From Octopus sinensis (taxonomy: Eukaryota): 64,000 nucleotides of DNA. The position numbers were made by a program, and so were the translations under genes. The DNA is taken from positions 60,140,001-60,204,000 of the forward strand of contig NC_043008.1 of NCBI RefSeq assembly GCF_006345805.1, written 5' to 3'. The number at the start of each line of letters is the position of its first letter. Position 1 is the stretch's first letter. Positions 13,512-27,427 of the stretch are shown in pieces. Below the pieces are notes generated by a model, which saw only the letters and a list, made by a program, of their open reading frames with translations, searched no databases and was not told the origin of the DNA.

Positions 13512-13512
13512 G
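13318..13512. repeat. (GATA)n microsatellite containing a ~60-bp insert (about 13400-13460) related to the SINE-B long tail, minus strand
   Basis: Insert reverse complement tgtcccgtctgtgtgcagccctgtgtggctaataaagaaac resembles the B tail tgtcccctctgtgtttagccccttgtgggcaataaagaaata. Confidence 0.7.
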
Positions 13513-14099
13513 ATTGATTTTTTATGTTTGAGCAGAAACCATTGACAGGGAGCTGTGTAAGTTTATAAGGAGAGTTTTAAAGTATTCTACATAAATATTA
13601 ACATCGCATACAAATAAAAAAATCTATTGTACGGGAGATTATGGGTTCGGGGTGTTCACAATTGGAAGGTAGTTACAACGAAAGCAGATGGAAGATGCAT
13701 CATAATTAGCTTGTAAAGGTCTGTTCATACATCGTGATTACTTGTAAGCGCTATTATATGAAGAATACATTTCACATTTAGAGTCTTAATTATTTGTTAA
13801 GCACGGAAACTGACGTAACAATGTAACTGATGTAACGTAATAAATGCATTATATAAATGTATGATCTATTAGTATGTCGTAACAAGCAGTGATCACTATA
13901 TAATTGCTTATCTTCAAAGAGAAGACAACAGAGTAATTCCGTTTTCACAATCAATTGCATTACTTGCACCTGACATACATTTAACGCCTTTGTTACAAAA
14001 TATTTAAGTAAATAGTCGTTAACTATTTTAAAAACAATGTTTGCTGGAAACCATCTTACGCAGGCATCTGAGCAACGATGTAATGGAAGATAGAGGGTG

Positions 14100-14348
14100 T
14101 ACTCTTTTACTCTTTTACTCTTTTACTTGTTTCAGTCATTTGACTGTATGGCCATGCTGGAGCACCTCCTTTTCTCGAGCAAATCGACACCCCCAGGACT
14201 TATTCTTTCTAAGCCTAGTACTTATTCTATCGGTCACTTTTTTGCCGAACCGCTAAGTTACGGGGATGTAAACACACCAGCATCGTTTGTCAAGCGATGC
14301 TAGGGGTACAAAAACAGACACACAAACATACACACACACAAACACACA

Positions 14349-14386
<38 letters not shown>

Positions 14387-14554
14387 ACACACACACATAT
14401 ACGACGGGTTCTTTCAGTTTCTGTCTACCAAATCCACTCATAAGGCTTTGGTCGACCCGAGGCTATAGTAGAAGACACTTGCCCAAGGTGCCACGCAGTT
14501 GGACTGAACCCGGAACCATGTGGTTGGTAAGCTAGCTACTTACCACACAGCCAC
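14100..14554 (-). mobile_element. SINE family A, full length
   Basis: Reverse-complement match with a (tactcttt)n tail. Confidence 0.9.
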
Positions 14555-14590
14555 GTGCATGCACATCTATCAAGAGCTGGACTTATTTGT

Positions 14591-14849
14591 GTAAGTTACG
14601 GGGACGTAAACACACCACCAAGTGATGTTGGGGGTGGGGGACAAACACAGACACACAAACACATATATACATAGACATATATACGACGGGCTTCTTTCAG
14701 TTTCTGTCTACCAAATCCACTCACAAGGCTTTGATCGGCCCGAGGCTATAGTAGAAGACACTTGCCCAAGGTGCCACGCAGTTGGACTGAACCAGTAACC
14801 ATGTGGTTCGTAAGCAAGCTACTTACCACACAGCCGCTCCTACGCCTGT
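14591..14849 (-). mobile_element. SINE family A, 3'-truncated, in tandem with the previous copy
   Basis: Head, CORE-like segment, microsatellite and start of the 3' half present. Confidence 0.85.
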
Positions 14850-15678
14850 ACATTAATGTATTCGTATTCTCGTTCATGATATTATTCATTAAGTTGTAAT
14901 GGCGGTATAAATATAGTACTTAGGACTAACTACATATCTCAGTGCATCAGAATGGTCTGTGATAATAGCACAGTCTCCTTGAGTCCGATAAGTTAGCGGA
15001 ATAAGACTTACTTAGGTCGAAATGATGATGATATTGTGACAGTGTGAAGGCTGTGTGGCTGCAATTTCTAGCAAATAATGCATTCATACGATATGAAGCT
15101 ATAAGCGTCTCACTACCACGGTTCAATGTCTGTATCCTTTCTCTTATAAGCTGATAGGATGTTATCCAAAAAGCTGTTTCGTTGCTATTTCTCATATACG
15201 TATAAACTACATAACACTCTTAGTAAGATTCTCTTTGCCAAACGAGAATATTTCATGGTTTGCACATTGAAATTACAAAAGCAATTTAACTGCTCTTTCT
15301 AGCGGATCGAGCGACAAAGAAAATATTCTATTTCATGGTTTATGCATTACATACCGGAAGCTATAACGCTGTGTTTAGCTGCTTACGTGTAATTAGTGGA
15401 AATATTAAGGCAGATTCTGTGGTAGATGCGTGAGCAAATTGACTCATGGTTTTCACAGAACAGTAGCGTGTTCAAGATAAAGAATTATCTTGATTTTTTT
15501 TCTCTCACTTAGCTCCATAAAACTTATGGATATGTGTATGTATATGCAACGAGGTATTTGCGTACACAATTTGAATGTATGTATATGCGTGTTTTGGTGC
15601 GTATATACGTGTGTGAGTATACACTTAATCATACAGGTACTAAACCTAACACAGACATACACAAGCAATACAAACCCA

Positions 15679-16410
<732 letters not shown>

Positions 16411-17942
16411 CATACATAATCAGACGTCTGTACGTGTGCACGCATACTTTGCTGCTAAGTATTAACGTTTGCAATATATCTTCAATGTTGAAGAATAAGT
16501 AACATTAAACAACACATAAAAAATAACGGAAAACAATATATACGCACACGCACACACACTCTCTCTCTCACACACACACAATATATATAAGCATATAGAA
16601 GCCATAGAAATGATATCGTTTGCCAAACTCCTTCCCATCATATATACTATTACGTTAACATCAAGTTTATTAAGACACAAACAAACAAACGTAGCATCGA
16701 TAAAGAATATTAAAAGAACGATGCAATAAAAAAGGCATCTGTTGTTGGAACAAGAGAAAATAAGAATGTGCTAATGAATGTGTCGGAATATTTGCAAAGA
16801 GTTTTCATTTAGAAAATTCCTTTCTTCGTTAGTTTTTGCGGGGTTTTTCTTCCACCCCTCCTATCGTTTTTACGTCCATTTTTGTTTTTTTGTTTCCCGC
16901 TAATTTTAGTGAGTTTTTCTCATTTTTGATTATTCATTTTTAATTTCATTTCCTTTCTTTGCTTCATACTTTGAAGGTTTTCACATAAATTGTTTAATAT
17001 TAAAAAATGTTTGTCTAAATTTGTTTGGGAATTTCTTAAAATGAAATTTTAACTGCTTTAGGCTAAATACATACATAATTGCACCCAATTATATAACATG
17101 TGTTTTAAGCATTCAAATTATTTCTTGCTTTTGTTTTTCTTTTTTAAGAAACATTTGTATTTTCTTCTTCCTTTTTGTACCCCACTCAGCCCCCCTTGTC
17201 GTTTCAGTTACTATTAATAGTACATATAAGTAACACCGCAGATATGCAAAAAAAAAAAGAAACGTTAGAAAATAGTAAATGTCTGTGTTAATGTCCGCCA
17301 TCATCATCATCGTGATCATCATCGTCATCGTCATCACTGTCATCGTCGTCGTTGTCATCATTATCATCATAATCATCATCATTGTTATCGTCATCGTTAC
17401 CATCATGATCATCATGCTCATCATCATGCTCATCATCATGATCATCATCATGATCATCATCATCGTCATCATCATCGTCATCATCATTATCATCATGATT
17501 ATCATCATAATCATCATCGTGATCATCATCATCGTCATGATCGTCGTCGTCATCATCATCATCATCATCATCGTCATCATCATCGTCATCATCATTATCA
17601 TCATGATTATCATCATCATAATCATCATCGTGATCATCATCATCGTCATGATCGTCGTCGTCATCATCCATCCTCGTCATCATCATCATCATCCTCGTCA
17701 TCATCGTCATCGTCATCATCGTCATCGTCGTCGTCGTCATCATCATCATCATCATGGTCATTATCATCAACACTGCCATCACCATACCCATCACTATCGT
17801 TGTCTTTTTCATCATCATCCCCATCATCCCGATTATGATCGACATCATCACCACCATAATAACCGTTTTCATCGTCATTACCAGTATCAACAACAACAAC
17901 AACAACAACAGTAACAGAAGTCTTCACCACCTCCACCGCAAC

Positions 17943-17975
<33 letters not shown>

Positions 17976-18719
17976 AATAATAATCAGTCCAGCAACATTA
18001 GCAAGGCGTGTTCTTCCCCCTTTCCTTTTCCTCCTCTGTTCCTGCACCTTCTCGTTTCTATTTGCTCCATCCTTACCTGCAATTAATGAATTCGATGACG
18101 ACGACCGTCCCGATCATCAGCACCACCGCTACCGCTACCGCCACCGCTACCGCCACCGCTACCGCCACAAACAACAACAACAATGCCAACACCACTACCA
18201 TTACTACTATCACCACCATCCCGACATCACTGCCGCCACCACCCGTTCACCAACCTACCAAATATCCCGCAACCATTCGTTCACCGTTTCCCATAAAAAA
18301 AACCCACCACCACCACCACCACCACCACCATGAACGTTATTGCCATCACCGACAGCGACATCTCCATCAACAAATCCCGAACTACAACAACAAAAGAACA
18401 AAGACAAAAAAAAACAAGAGCAAAAAAAAAAACAGAAAACAAAAGCAAAAGTATTTATCACAAAGGAAGCGCGATGCCGCGAAGTAGTCGGATCATTTCT
18501 AATATGTTGTTAACGAAATTCTTTGACTTGTGTGGGTTTGGTAGTTGTCTTTGAGGAGGAACTGTTCACACGTGTGTGAAACATTACGCAAGAAATATAT
18601 GGACGGTTCCAGTTCGTTACAACAAGTCATTTCTGTTTGTTGTCTTGTTGTTTTAACGCACGCAAACACTCAGCGCTCAGCCCTTACTCCTGTTGTTGTT
18701 GTTGTTGTTGTTGTTGTTT

Positions 18720-18757
<38 letters not shown>

Positions 18758-19602
18758 CTTCTTCTTCTTCTTCTTCTTCTCCTCCTCCTCCTTCTTCTTC
18801 TTCTTCCTCCTCATCTCCTCCACGTCCTCCTTCACCTCCTCCTCCTCCACCTCCTCCTTCAATTCTCTTCACTTTCACCTTCCCATTCCAATTTCTCTTC
18901 CTCACCTCCTTCACCTTCTCCTCTCCCCTTCCTCACTTCCTCCTCCTCTTCCTCTATTTCCTTCACTTCCTCCTCCTCCACCTAGTCTTGACTTCTTTCT
19001 CCTCCTTTACCGCCTCCTCCTCCTCCTCATCGTCCCTCTTTACCTCCTCTTCTCAACTTCTCCTTCTTTTCCCTCCTCCAACTTCTCCTCCTCCCTCACT
19101 TCTTCTCCACATCTTACTACTCCTCTTTTTCCCTTCCTTCCTACTCCTCATCTTCCCTTCCCCTCCTCCCCTCCTCAAACACTTCCAGCACTACCATCAT
19201 AACTGCTACCAACAACGAATGGTATCTCACCACCAACACCATCGCCATCATTACCACCTTTGTCATCAAATTCACCGCTGTTGTCGACATCATCTTCCCC
19301 TTCATCAACATCGTCGTCGCCGTCATCATCATCATCACCATCAACATCATCATCCTTGTCGTCGTCATCATCCTCAGCATCATCATATCATCATCATCAG
19401 CATCACCATCATCGACGTCGTAATCATCGCCGACATCATCCTCATCAGGACATTCATCGTCATCATCAACGTCATCATCGTTATTCTCCTCCCCCTTATC
19501 ATCATCAAGATCATCATCCACTTCATCGTCATCGTCATCATCATCACCGGCTTCATCATCATCACCATCATTAGAGCATCAGGTGCTGATGTAAGCAACG
19601 AA

Positions 19603-19810
19603 GGCGGTGAGCTGGCAGAAACGTTTGCACGGCGGTCGAAATGCTTAGCGGTATTTCGTCTGTCTTTACGTACTGAGTTCAAATTCCACCGAGGTTGACT
19701 TTGCCTTTTATCTTTACAGGGAAGGTAAATTTAATACCAATGAAACACTGGAGTCGACTCATCTCTTCCCCACGAAATTGCTGCTCTTGTGACAAAATTT
19801 GAAGCCGTTA
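19603..19810 (+). mobile_element. SINE family B, short-tail copy inside the trinucleotide mosaic
   Basis: ggcggtgagctggcagaaacg...gagttcaaattccaccgaggttgactttgcc. Confidence 0.85.
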
Positions 19811-19866
19811 TTATGATAAACATCATGAAGTTGACGATCACCGACACCGACACCACCATTCCTACC

Positions 19867-19897
<31 letters not shown>

Positions 19898-20199
19898 CAA
19901 CACCACCACCACCAACAACAACAACAACACCACTACCACCACCACCACCCACCACCACCACCACCACAATGCCACAAACATCGCCCGTACCATCGCATTC
20001 AACACCAAAATACCATAACCACCGCCACCACCACCACCACCACCACCACCATTACTACCACTGCCGCTGCCGCTGCCGCGACAATCAGTGCAACGAATGA
20101 GAAAAGCACCGCCACCAAAACAATATTACCGACACTACCATCAACAACAGCAAGAACATTATCAGCACCACCATTACCAGAACAGCAAATCTCAAAATC

Positions 20200-20470
20200 T
20201 CACCATCAACAACCACTACCAGCGCCAGCACCATCATGGATAACAACAATACCACCCCCACAAACAACTCTATCACGTCCACTACCACCACAACCACAAC
20301 CACCAGCACCAACACCGCAATAGATAAAAATACTACCACTTCCACAAACACCTATACCACTTCCACTACCACCACAACCACAACCACCAGCACCAACACC
20401 GCTATGGATAACAATACTACCACCCCCACAAACACCTCTACCACTTCCACTACCACCACCACCACCAAAA
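20200..20470. repeat. 84-bp minisatellite, about 3 copies
   Basis: Unit starts atggataac (20236), atagataaa (20320), atggataac (20404). Confidence 0.85.
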
Positions 20471-21388
20471 ACATGAACAACGTCCACAAGAGACAGCAAC
20501 AATACCGCTGCCAGCAACTACCACCACCACCACCACCACCACCACCACCACTACCACCACCACCACCACCACCACCACCACCACCACCACCACCACCACC
20601 ACCACCACTACCACCACACCACCACCACCACCACCACCACCACCACCACCACCACCACCCCACCACCACCACCACCACCACCACCACCACCACCACCACC
20701 ACCACTACCACTACCACTATCACCATCAACAACAACGACACGCCATTATCAACTTCACTACCACCCACTACAGTAATACCGTCATTCAACATCCCCATCG
20801 CCCCTGAAGTAATTCCTTCGCCAACAATATCTTTCATGTTAACTAACAATACATACAGACTTCAATGTTTTATAGCTTCCTTTCGACACTGTCTATTTTT
20901 TTCCTCCTGTTCTCCTTACATCGACATAAACAGGCACTCAACATTACATACATACATAATATATACATACATATATACGCATACGTAATGAGAAACTATC
21001 ATACACGTACAGCTACCCCTATTTTCACACAGATGTACGTGTACGTACACACATTAGATATTACAGCATATGGACATTTTTCATGTGAATACGTGTTTAT
21101 TTGACGGGTTTTCATCGCTAACAATATATGCGTATGCACGTATGGATGTATGCATATATGTCTATATGCATGATGCATGTGTGTGTATGCATGTGTGTAT
21201 GTATGTTTGTGCATGTGTATAAACAATGATACCTATGCACACACATATTTGCTTAGTGTCTCTGCTTACGCATACACACATACACACTTATGTATATGCA
21301 TATATATACACACACACGCACATATATATATATGTATGTATATATATATAAATCTGTATGTGTTAGTGTGTGTATACACATATATATG

Positions 21389-21488
<100 letters not shown>

Positions 21489-21619
21489 CCACAGTAACAT
21501 GACAGAAACAAATGAAAGAAAAAAATATATGCACATATATACACGTGTGCGTGTGTATGTATGTATTTAAACAATGATATATTTATTGAGATTAGAAAGC
21601 CACACATTTTTTTGCCAGT

Positions 21620-21800
21620 GGCGGCGGTGGGGAGGATGTCTCATCGATTGAACCCTTTCCAGCACGTGCCTGGTACTTATTTTATTGATCTTGGCAGAAT
21701 AAAATGCAAAGGAGACCCTGCTGGGATTTTAAACTTGAGCCGTGAAAGAACAGACGTATATTCTGGAAAGTATTTTATGTACCACCACTCAACGTAAATC
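21620..21800 (-). mobile_element. SINE family B, decayed
   Basis: ctggtacttattttattgatc...gaataaaatgcaaagg...aaacttgag resembles the reverse complement of the B core. Confidence 0.55.
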
Positions 21801-22246
21801 AAATTGAAGCGAGCGGAGGATGAAAGAATGTGTGAAGTGGGGTCCCATTTTTCATTAGGCATTAGATCCCACCCCTTATATCATAAACAAACATAGTGAA
21901 CATTGGGACAATGTCTACCTGTTAGCTTCCAGAAAAGAGATATTTTTTTACAATTATTCGAAACATGAAACGAAAGATATTTCTGTTACAGGCAACGTAT
22001 AGTTATGTAGTTCACAAAAATTTGAACCGAGTAAATTTGGTAGTTTGGAAGACGGGACAAGTGAGTCGCACATATATATGTGTTTAAGAGCGTAGGCTCG
22101 AAACGGAAAAGTCTTTTCAATTTTTCCCGAGCGTCAAACTACTACAGTTGCTTGTTATTCCTACTCCTATCTTCGTTTTTCTATAAATTTGAACTATTCG
22201 TCTTAGTTTTTCAATAAATGTGAACTAGATATATACAGGCACATAT

Positions 22247-22826
22247 TAAAGGCGACATATTCGCAATTTGCAAGCGAAATACAGAAGTATAGAAGTCACT
22301 ATAGTGACTAAGAGTGCTAGTTAGCACCAGCATTGCTAGAAATAAGGGTCAAAACAACTCAAAGCTAGGAGAAAGCAGTTGTCGTATGACTGATAAGGGA
22401 GGTAAGCTCCCTACAGCATCCGAGGCATAGCCAGATTACCAGTGATTTTGCCTTTGATTAATGTCCGCTGCGGCTCTCAACCCGGCTGCCCAGGGTTAAG
22501 CTTGCTCACGCTGTCAGTTTGTAAGAGTTACCGTAGAAATCATACGCTGATTTCCTAAATGGCAAAAGTGAAAATTATATATAATAAAGGTGGCTTATTC
22601 GTAAATTGTAACAGAAATGTAGAAGTATAGACGTCGCTAAAGTGACTACAGGCAATAGTTTGCACCAACATTGCTAGAAATAATAGTCAAAACAATTCTT
22701 AGCCACACGAAAGCACTTATGAATGACAAGTGAGGCAGGCTCCATAAAGCATCTGGGGCATAGCTTACCAGTGATTTCGCACTTAAGTAATGCTCGTTAG
22801 TGTCTCTCACCAGGCTATCTAGGGTT
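22247..22826. repeat. Diverged tandem duplication, period 338 bp
   Basis: taaaggcgacatattcgcaatttg / taaaggtggcttattcgtaaattg; gcaccagcattgctagaaataa / gcaccaacattgctagaaataa; ttaccagtgattt in both units. Confidence 0.8.
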
Positions 22827-22828
22827 AT

Positions 22829-22862
<34 letters not shown>

Positions 22863-22863
22863 A

Positions 22864-22938
<75 letters not shown>

Positions 22939-23047
22939 CGTGTCTGTGTATGTCTATGTTTCTAAGTGGTCTTTGTGCTTATGATTGCTCTGCCATAGCC
23001 TTAACAAGCGGTGTTAGTTTGTTTACTTAAGATGTTCGACAATAGTG

Positions 23048-23140
23048 ATCAAGAGAATGAATGCCAGACTTATAATTAGTATTGGTGTCGATTTGTGGGA
23101 CTAATCCTTCAAGACATTGCCGAAACAAGTAAAAGATTAC
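23048..23140 (+). mobile_element. Decayed 3' end related to SINE family A
   Basis: ggtgtcgatttgtgggactaa...gaaacaagtaaaagat. Confidence 0.5.
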
Positions 23141-25071
23141 GAGTTAAGGGTTCCAATGTGTTCTTTCTGCCTGTAAACAAGCTATTTTAAATATTTACGC
23201 AATATAAACCTGTTTCGCAGCTTCTACTATCTGGCCAATACAGATTGGTTACTACTCTTATAAACCAAGGCGTCATGTGTTATTTTGAAATTGTGAGCGA
23301 TCACGTGTAGTTTTATAGACTTAGTTTAATTACAAACATTTACACCAGTGATTCAACGCCTTTGAAAATCTTTAGTCAATGTATATTTGTTGATAACAAT
23401 CAGGAAATTGTTTTGCTCGGTCTTGCTGTGCGACTTACTATACAGCATCTACATTTCAATAAAGTTTTGGGTGGTAATCTTGAGAAAAAACTGAAACTCA
23501 GGTTTGGTTTCTGAAGTCTTACTAACAGAATACCTAAATTTAAGATTGCTACCAATCAGCAAATTTGTCTCTTATGATTGCTCTTAAGATTTCCAAGAAC
23601 CAAGAAATTGCTTCTATATCTGTTACGACGTCCTCGAATTTCTAATATATAGAAATAAGAAAGGACCCATTGGGTAAGTCAGTCAATGAAAATTTGCTTA
23701 ATTCTTTATTCTGTAATTTAAATCTATTCGTCTTTCCAGAAATACAGTTGAAACGATATATAACACTATATTATTACAGGTATAAATATATCATTCATTT
23801 ATGTCATTCTCTATATTAGATTAAACATATCTTCGAATTAGCTTCATTTAGCGATGTCTATCCAATTAATATACATTTTAATTTATATTGGCACCATTCG
23901 CTTGCAGATATTTTAGAATACAGGAGAAATTCATTAAGCTTAACGGCTATGGTTATCACGCCCTGGTTTTACAATTTTCTTTCATTATCATTTCCAAGTG
24001 TTTAAAATTTTTTGTCATTATGGTGTACTTGTTAGAAGTAAGCTGTATTGTGAAGTTTCTACTTATACTATTTGGACTAGTGACTGCCAGTGTGCGCATG
24101 TGCAATAATGTTTTCTCGCATACAAAATTTCTCTTTGCCCTTGGCTATCCGTCTTCATCAATCATTCTAGTCAATTATTTATCGTGCATTCTATAGACAC
24201 ATAAAAATTCTTCTATGAAAAATACATAAATGCAATGATACAACAGAATGAGGGTGGAAACACGGCAGGTAGAAGGAAATACAAAATAAATACGTGAAAA
24301 GACATATAAATCGATAGATGTGTCTGTACGCGTGCGTGTGTGTGTGTGCGTTTGTGCATAAATTTATATAATAAATAAAAATATAAATCTATACACACAT
24401 ATATATAAGTACGTACATACATGTTTATTCATCATATATACGTGTGTGTATGTGTATGTGTGTGTATAAGTAGATAGTCATAAGGATAGTTGAGTAGAGC
24501 AAGGGCGAAAGCTAGACTGTCAGATATAAAGAGAAAACGACAAATAAATGGAGATATATATATAAAACAGACAGATGGATATAACTAGACGAATATATTC
24601 ACACACTCGCACACACACATATGCTCAACTCACACGAACGTACACACATACAAACACACGTCATACACACACATATGCTTCCACGTACGTCATCAATACA
24701 CCAACTGTCTAGCAGATATCTAGTTATGTAAAACTAACTTGAAATGTCAATGAAATAAATATTACAACCAAGAACATACTACATAGAGTCATATAGATCG
24801 TTGTACAGTAATGCTGTCAGCAAGTGATGGCGTTGTTTTATTTTGTCTTACTGTTATTGGTTTAGACGTTAGTATTCTAACAACTTTTCAGATAGATTCG
24901 GCTCTCAGTTAATGCCACTTTCGATTGTCAATTTTCTCAACAATAAACTAAAACACAAGCGAACGCATGTATGTGACTATCTACGTTCGAATATATGTTT
25001 TTCATTATAGAACCAGGGAAACACATATACATACGTGCACGCACAATCACACTCACATAATTATATATAAA

Positions 25072-25484
25072 GGCGGCGAGCTGGCAGAAACGTTAGCACG
25101 CCGGGCGAAATGTTTAGCGGTATTTCGTCTGCGTTACGTTGTGAGTTCAAATTCCGCCGAGGTCGACTTTGCCTTTCAGCCTTTCGGGGTCGATAAATTA
25201 AGTACCAGTTACGCACTGGGGTCGATGTAATCGACTTAATACCTATGTCTGTCCTTGTTTGTCCCCTCTGTGTTTAGCTCCTTGTGGGTAATAAAGAAAT
25301 AGGTATTTCGCCCGTCGCTATGTTCTGAGTTCAAATTCCGCCGAGGTCGACTCTGCCTTTCATCCTTTCGAGGTCGATAGATTAAGTATCAGTTACGCAC
25401 TGGGGTCGATGTAATCGACTTAATTCGTTTGTCTGTCCTTGTTTGTCCCCTCTATGTTTAGTTCCTTGTGGGTAATAAAGAAAC
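25072..25484 (+). mobile_element. SINE family B dimer (long tail)
   Basis: Junction aaagaaata|ggtatttcg at 25301/25302. Confidence 0.9.
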
Positions 25485-25493
25485 ATATATATA

Positions 25494-25709
25494 TACTCTT
25501 CATTCTTTTACTTGTTTCAGTCATTTGATTGCGGCCATGCTGGAGCACCGCCTTTAGTCGAGCAAATCGACCCCAGGATTTATTCTTTGTAAGCGTAGTA
25601 CTTATTCTATGGGTCTCTTTTGCCGAACCGCTAAGTGACGGAGACGTAAACACACCAGCATCGGTTGTCAAGCGATGTTAGGGGGACAAACACAGACACA
25701 CAAACACAC

Positions 25710-25760
<51 letters not shown>

Positions 25761-25926
25761 CATACATATATACGACGGTAGTTTCCATCTACCAAATCCA
25801 CTCACATGGCTTTGGTCGGCCCGAGGCTATAATAGAAGACACTTGCCCAAGGTGGCCCACAGTGGGACTGAACCCAGAACCATGTGGTTGGTAAGTAAGC
25901 TACCTACCACACAGCCACTCCTGCGC
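25494..25926 (-). mobile_element. SINE family A, full length, tail-to-tail with the B dimer
   Basis: Reverse-complement match to the family-A consensus. Confidence 0.9.
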
Positions 25927-26226
25927 ATGTATATCTATAATTACAATCACATGGGCGCACAGACACACACATCAAAAAGACACATGTTTACACGTGTAAA
26001 TATACACATATATACATATATGTATATAAATGCGTAACTGTATATATACATATATGTATGGATGTATTTATGTTTGTATGTATGCATGTATGTATTTATG
26101 TTTGTATGTATGTATGCATATATGTATGTTTGTGCGGTAAGATTACACATAGATTCACGCATATCCACAACAAATTATTTTGTTACAAAATAAAGAGCAC
26201 TGCCATATTTCTTTGTTTTCTTGCAG

Positions 26227-26497
26227 ACTACACGTAGGCGGAAAATGTGGAAGATAGAAGCTATTTCTCACGATACCAATTCCATAAGTTTGCAACACCT
26301 AAGGACCTGGTGTTAAATTGGTCGACAGATAAGGTCTACCATCAAAAACTAATTACAGCTTATCCAACTGCTTGTAGCACAATCTCTTTCAAACCAATGT
26401 CAGTGAAATCTTTTTGTGTCGTTGGCGTGTTAAACCTGGAAGCACGTGATTTCGAAGCTAACATCCAACCAACGCCTGTACCTATGTCATTCATTAC
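26227..26497 (+). other. Candidate exon, coding status unknown
   Basis: Strong acceptor tttctttgttttcttgcAG and donor ac|GTAGGT; one frame is open from the nearby AG at 26237 to the donor. Confidence 0.25.
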
Positions 26498-26559
26498 GTA
26501 GGTTTCCATTTCCTAAATACTATCAATTGACTGAGTAACTATTATTTCCTTGCCAGTTT

Positions 26560-26775
26560 AGGTGCGAGCTGGTAGACTCCTTAGCTCATTTCCGAAAATG
26601 CGTACGACATTTCGTCTAGCTTTATGTTTCGATTTCAAATGCTGCTGGGGTCGATTTTGACTTCCAGCATTTCAGGGTCGATAATGTAAGTATCAGTTGA
26701 GCACTGGTATTGATGTAATTAAGGTGCCCTATTTAGAAAAACTGCTTGCTGTGTGTGCTAGAATTTGAAAACTAT
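26560..26775 (+). mobile_element. SINE family B, decayed
   Basis: ggtgcgagctggtagac...gatttcaaat...cagggtcgataatgtaagtatcagttgagcactgg. Confidence 0.7.
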
Positions 26776-27391
26776 CTTTACTTTGCACGTTAAATGACGT
26801 GCTTATTCGTTCGACGTACGTACTTTTACACATACCTTTCGCGTTCTTATACCTCAGCAAATCCTAACACAACCATTACATGTTTGCTGTCTCTTTGAAC
26901 TAACACACATACAAAGAATGTCTGGCATTGTGGTTCCTCATTTCCGTATTACTCAGGGGATTTTTCACTACCAGCCCTCATGTATAAACGTTTGATATGC
27001 ACTTTCCTCTTGCAAAGAAAGAAAACGTTTGCCTGACTTTTATAAACGAAAGGCAGAGCCAATAAGCCAGGAAGTGTTCTACCTTTCCGTTTTGCTTCTT
27101 TATAATCAGTAATGAATATGTGTGCAACAAAACAGAACTGCCAATCGGTGACCTCGTCAATAAAAATGTGTTCACGTTCCTGGCTTTAAATTATTCCAAA
27201 CAAATTGTCTGGTTTATTGTTCATAGGACAACTAGACAGACTTTTCATCTTAAGAAGAAGAATCAACTGTGAAAATGGCAAGAAGCCAAGTTAAAATTGT
27301 GTCGCTTAAATAAAAATATTGCGCGTTAGAATAACGTCTTTGTGTTGTTGTTCTTTTTTATACTGGTATGTGTTTATGAGGGAGAGAGGTT

Positions 27392-27427
<36 letters not shown>

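Larger units (their letters stand above)
17299..20745. repeat. ~3.4-kb mosaic of trinucleotide repeats (CAT, CGT, CAC, CAA, GTT, CTT, CCT, CCA)
   Basis: Direct reading. Confidence 0.95.

Noticed and set aside
23888-24196. 102-aa hydrophobic ORF
   Set aside because: Hydrophobicity follows from T-richness; weak TTG start, no recognisable motif, and within chance expectation
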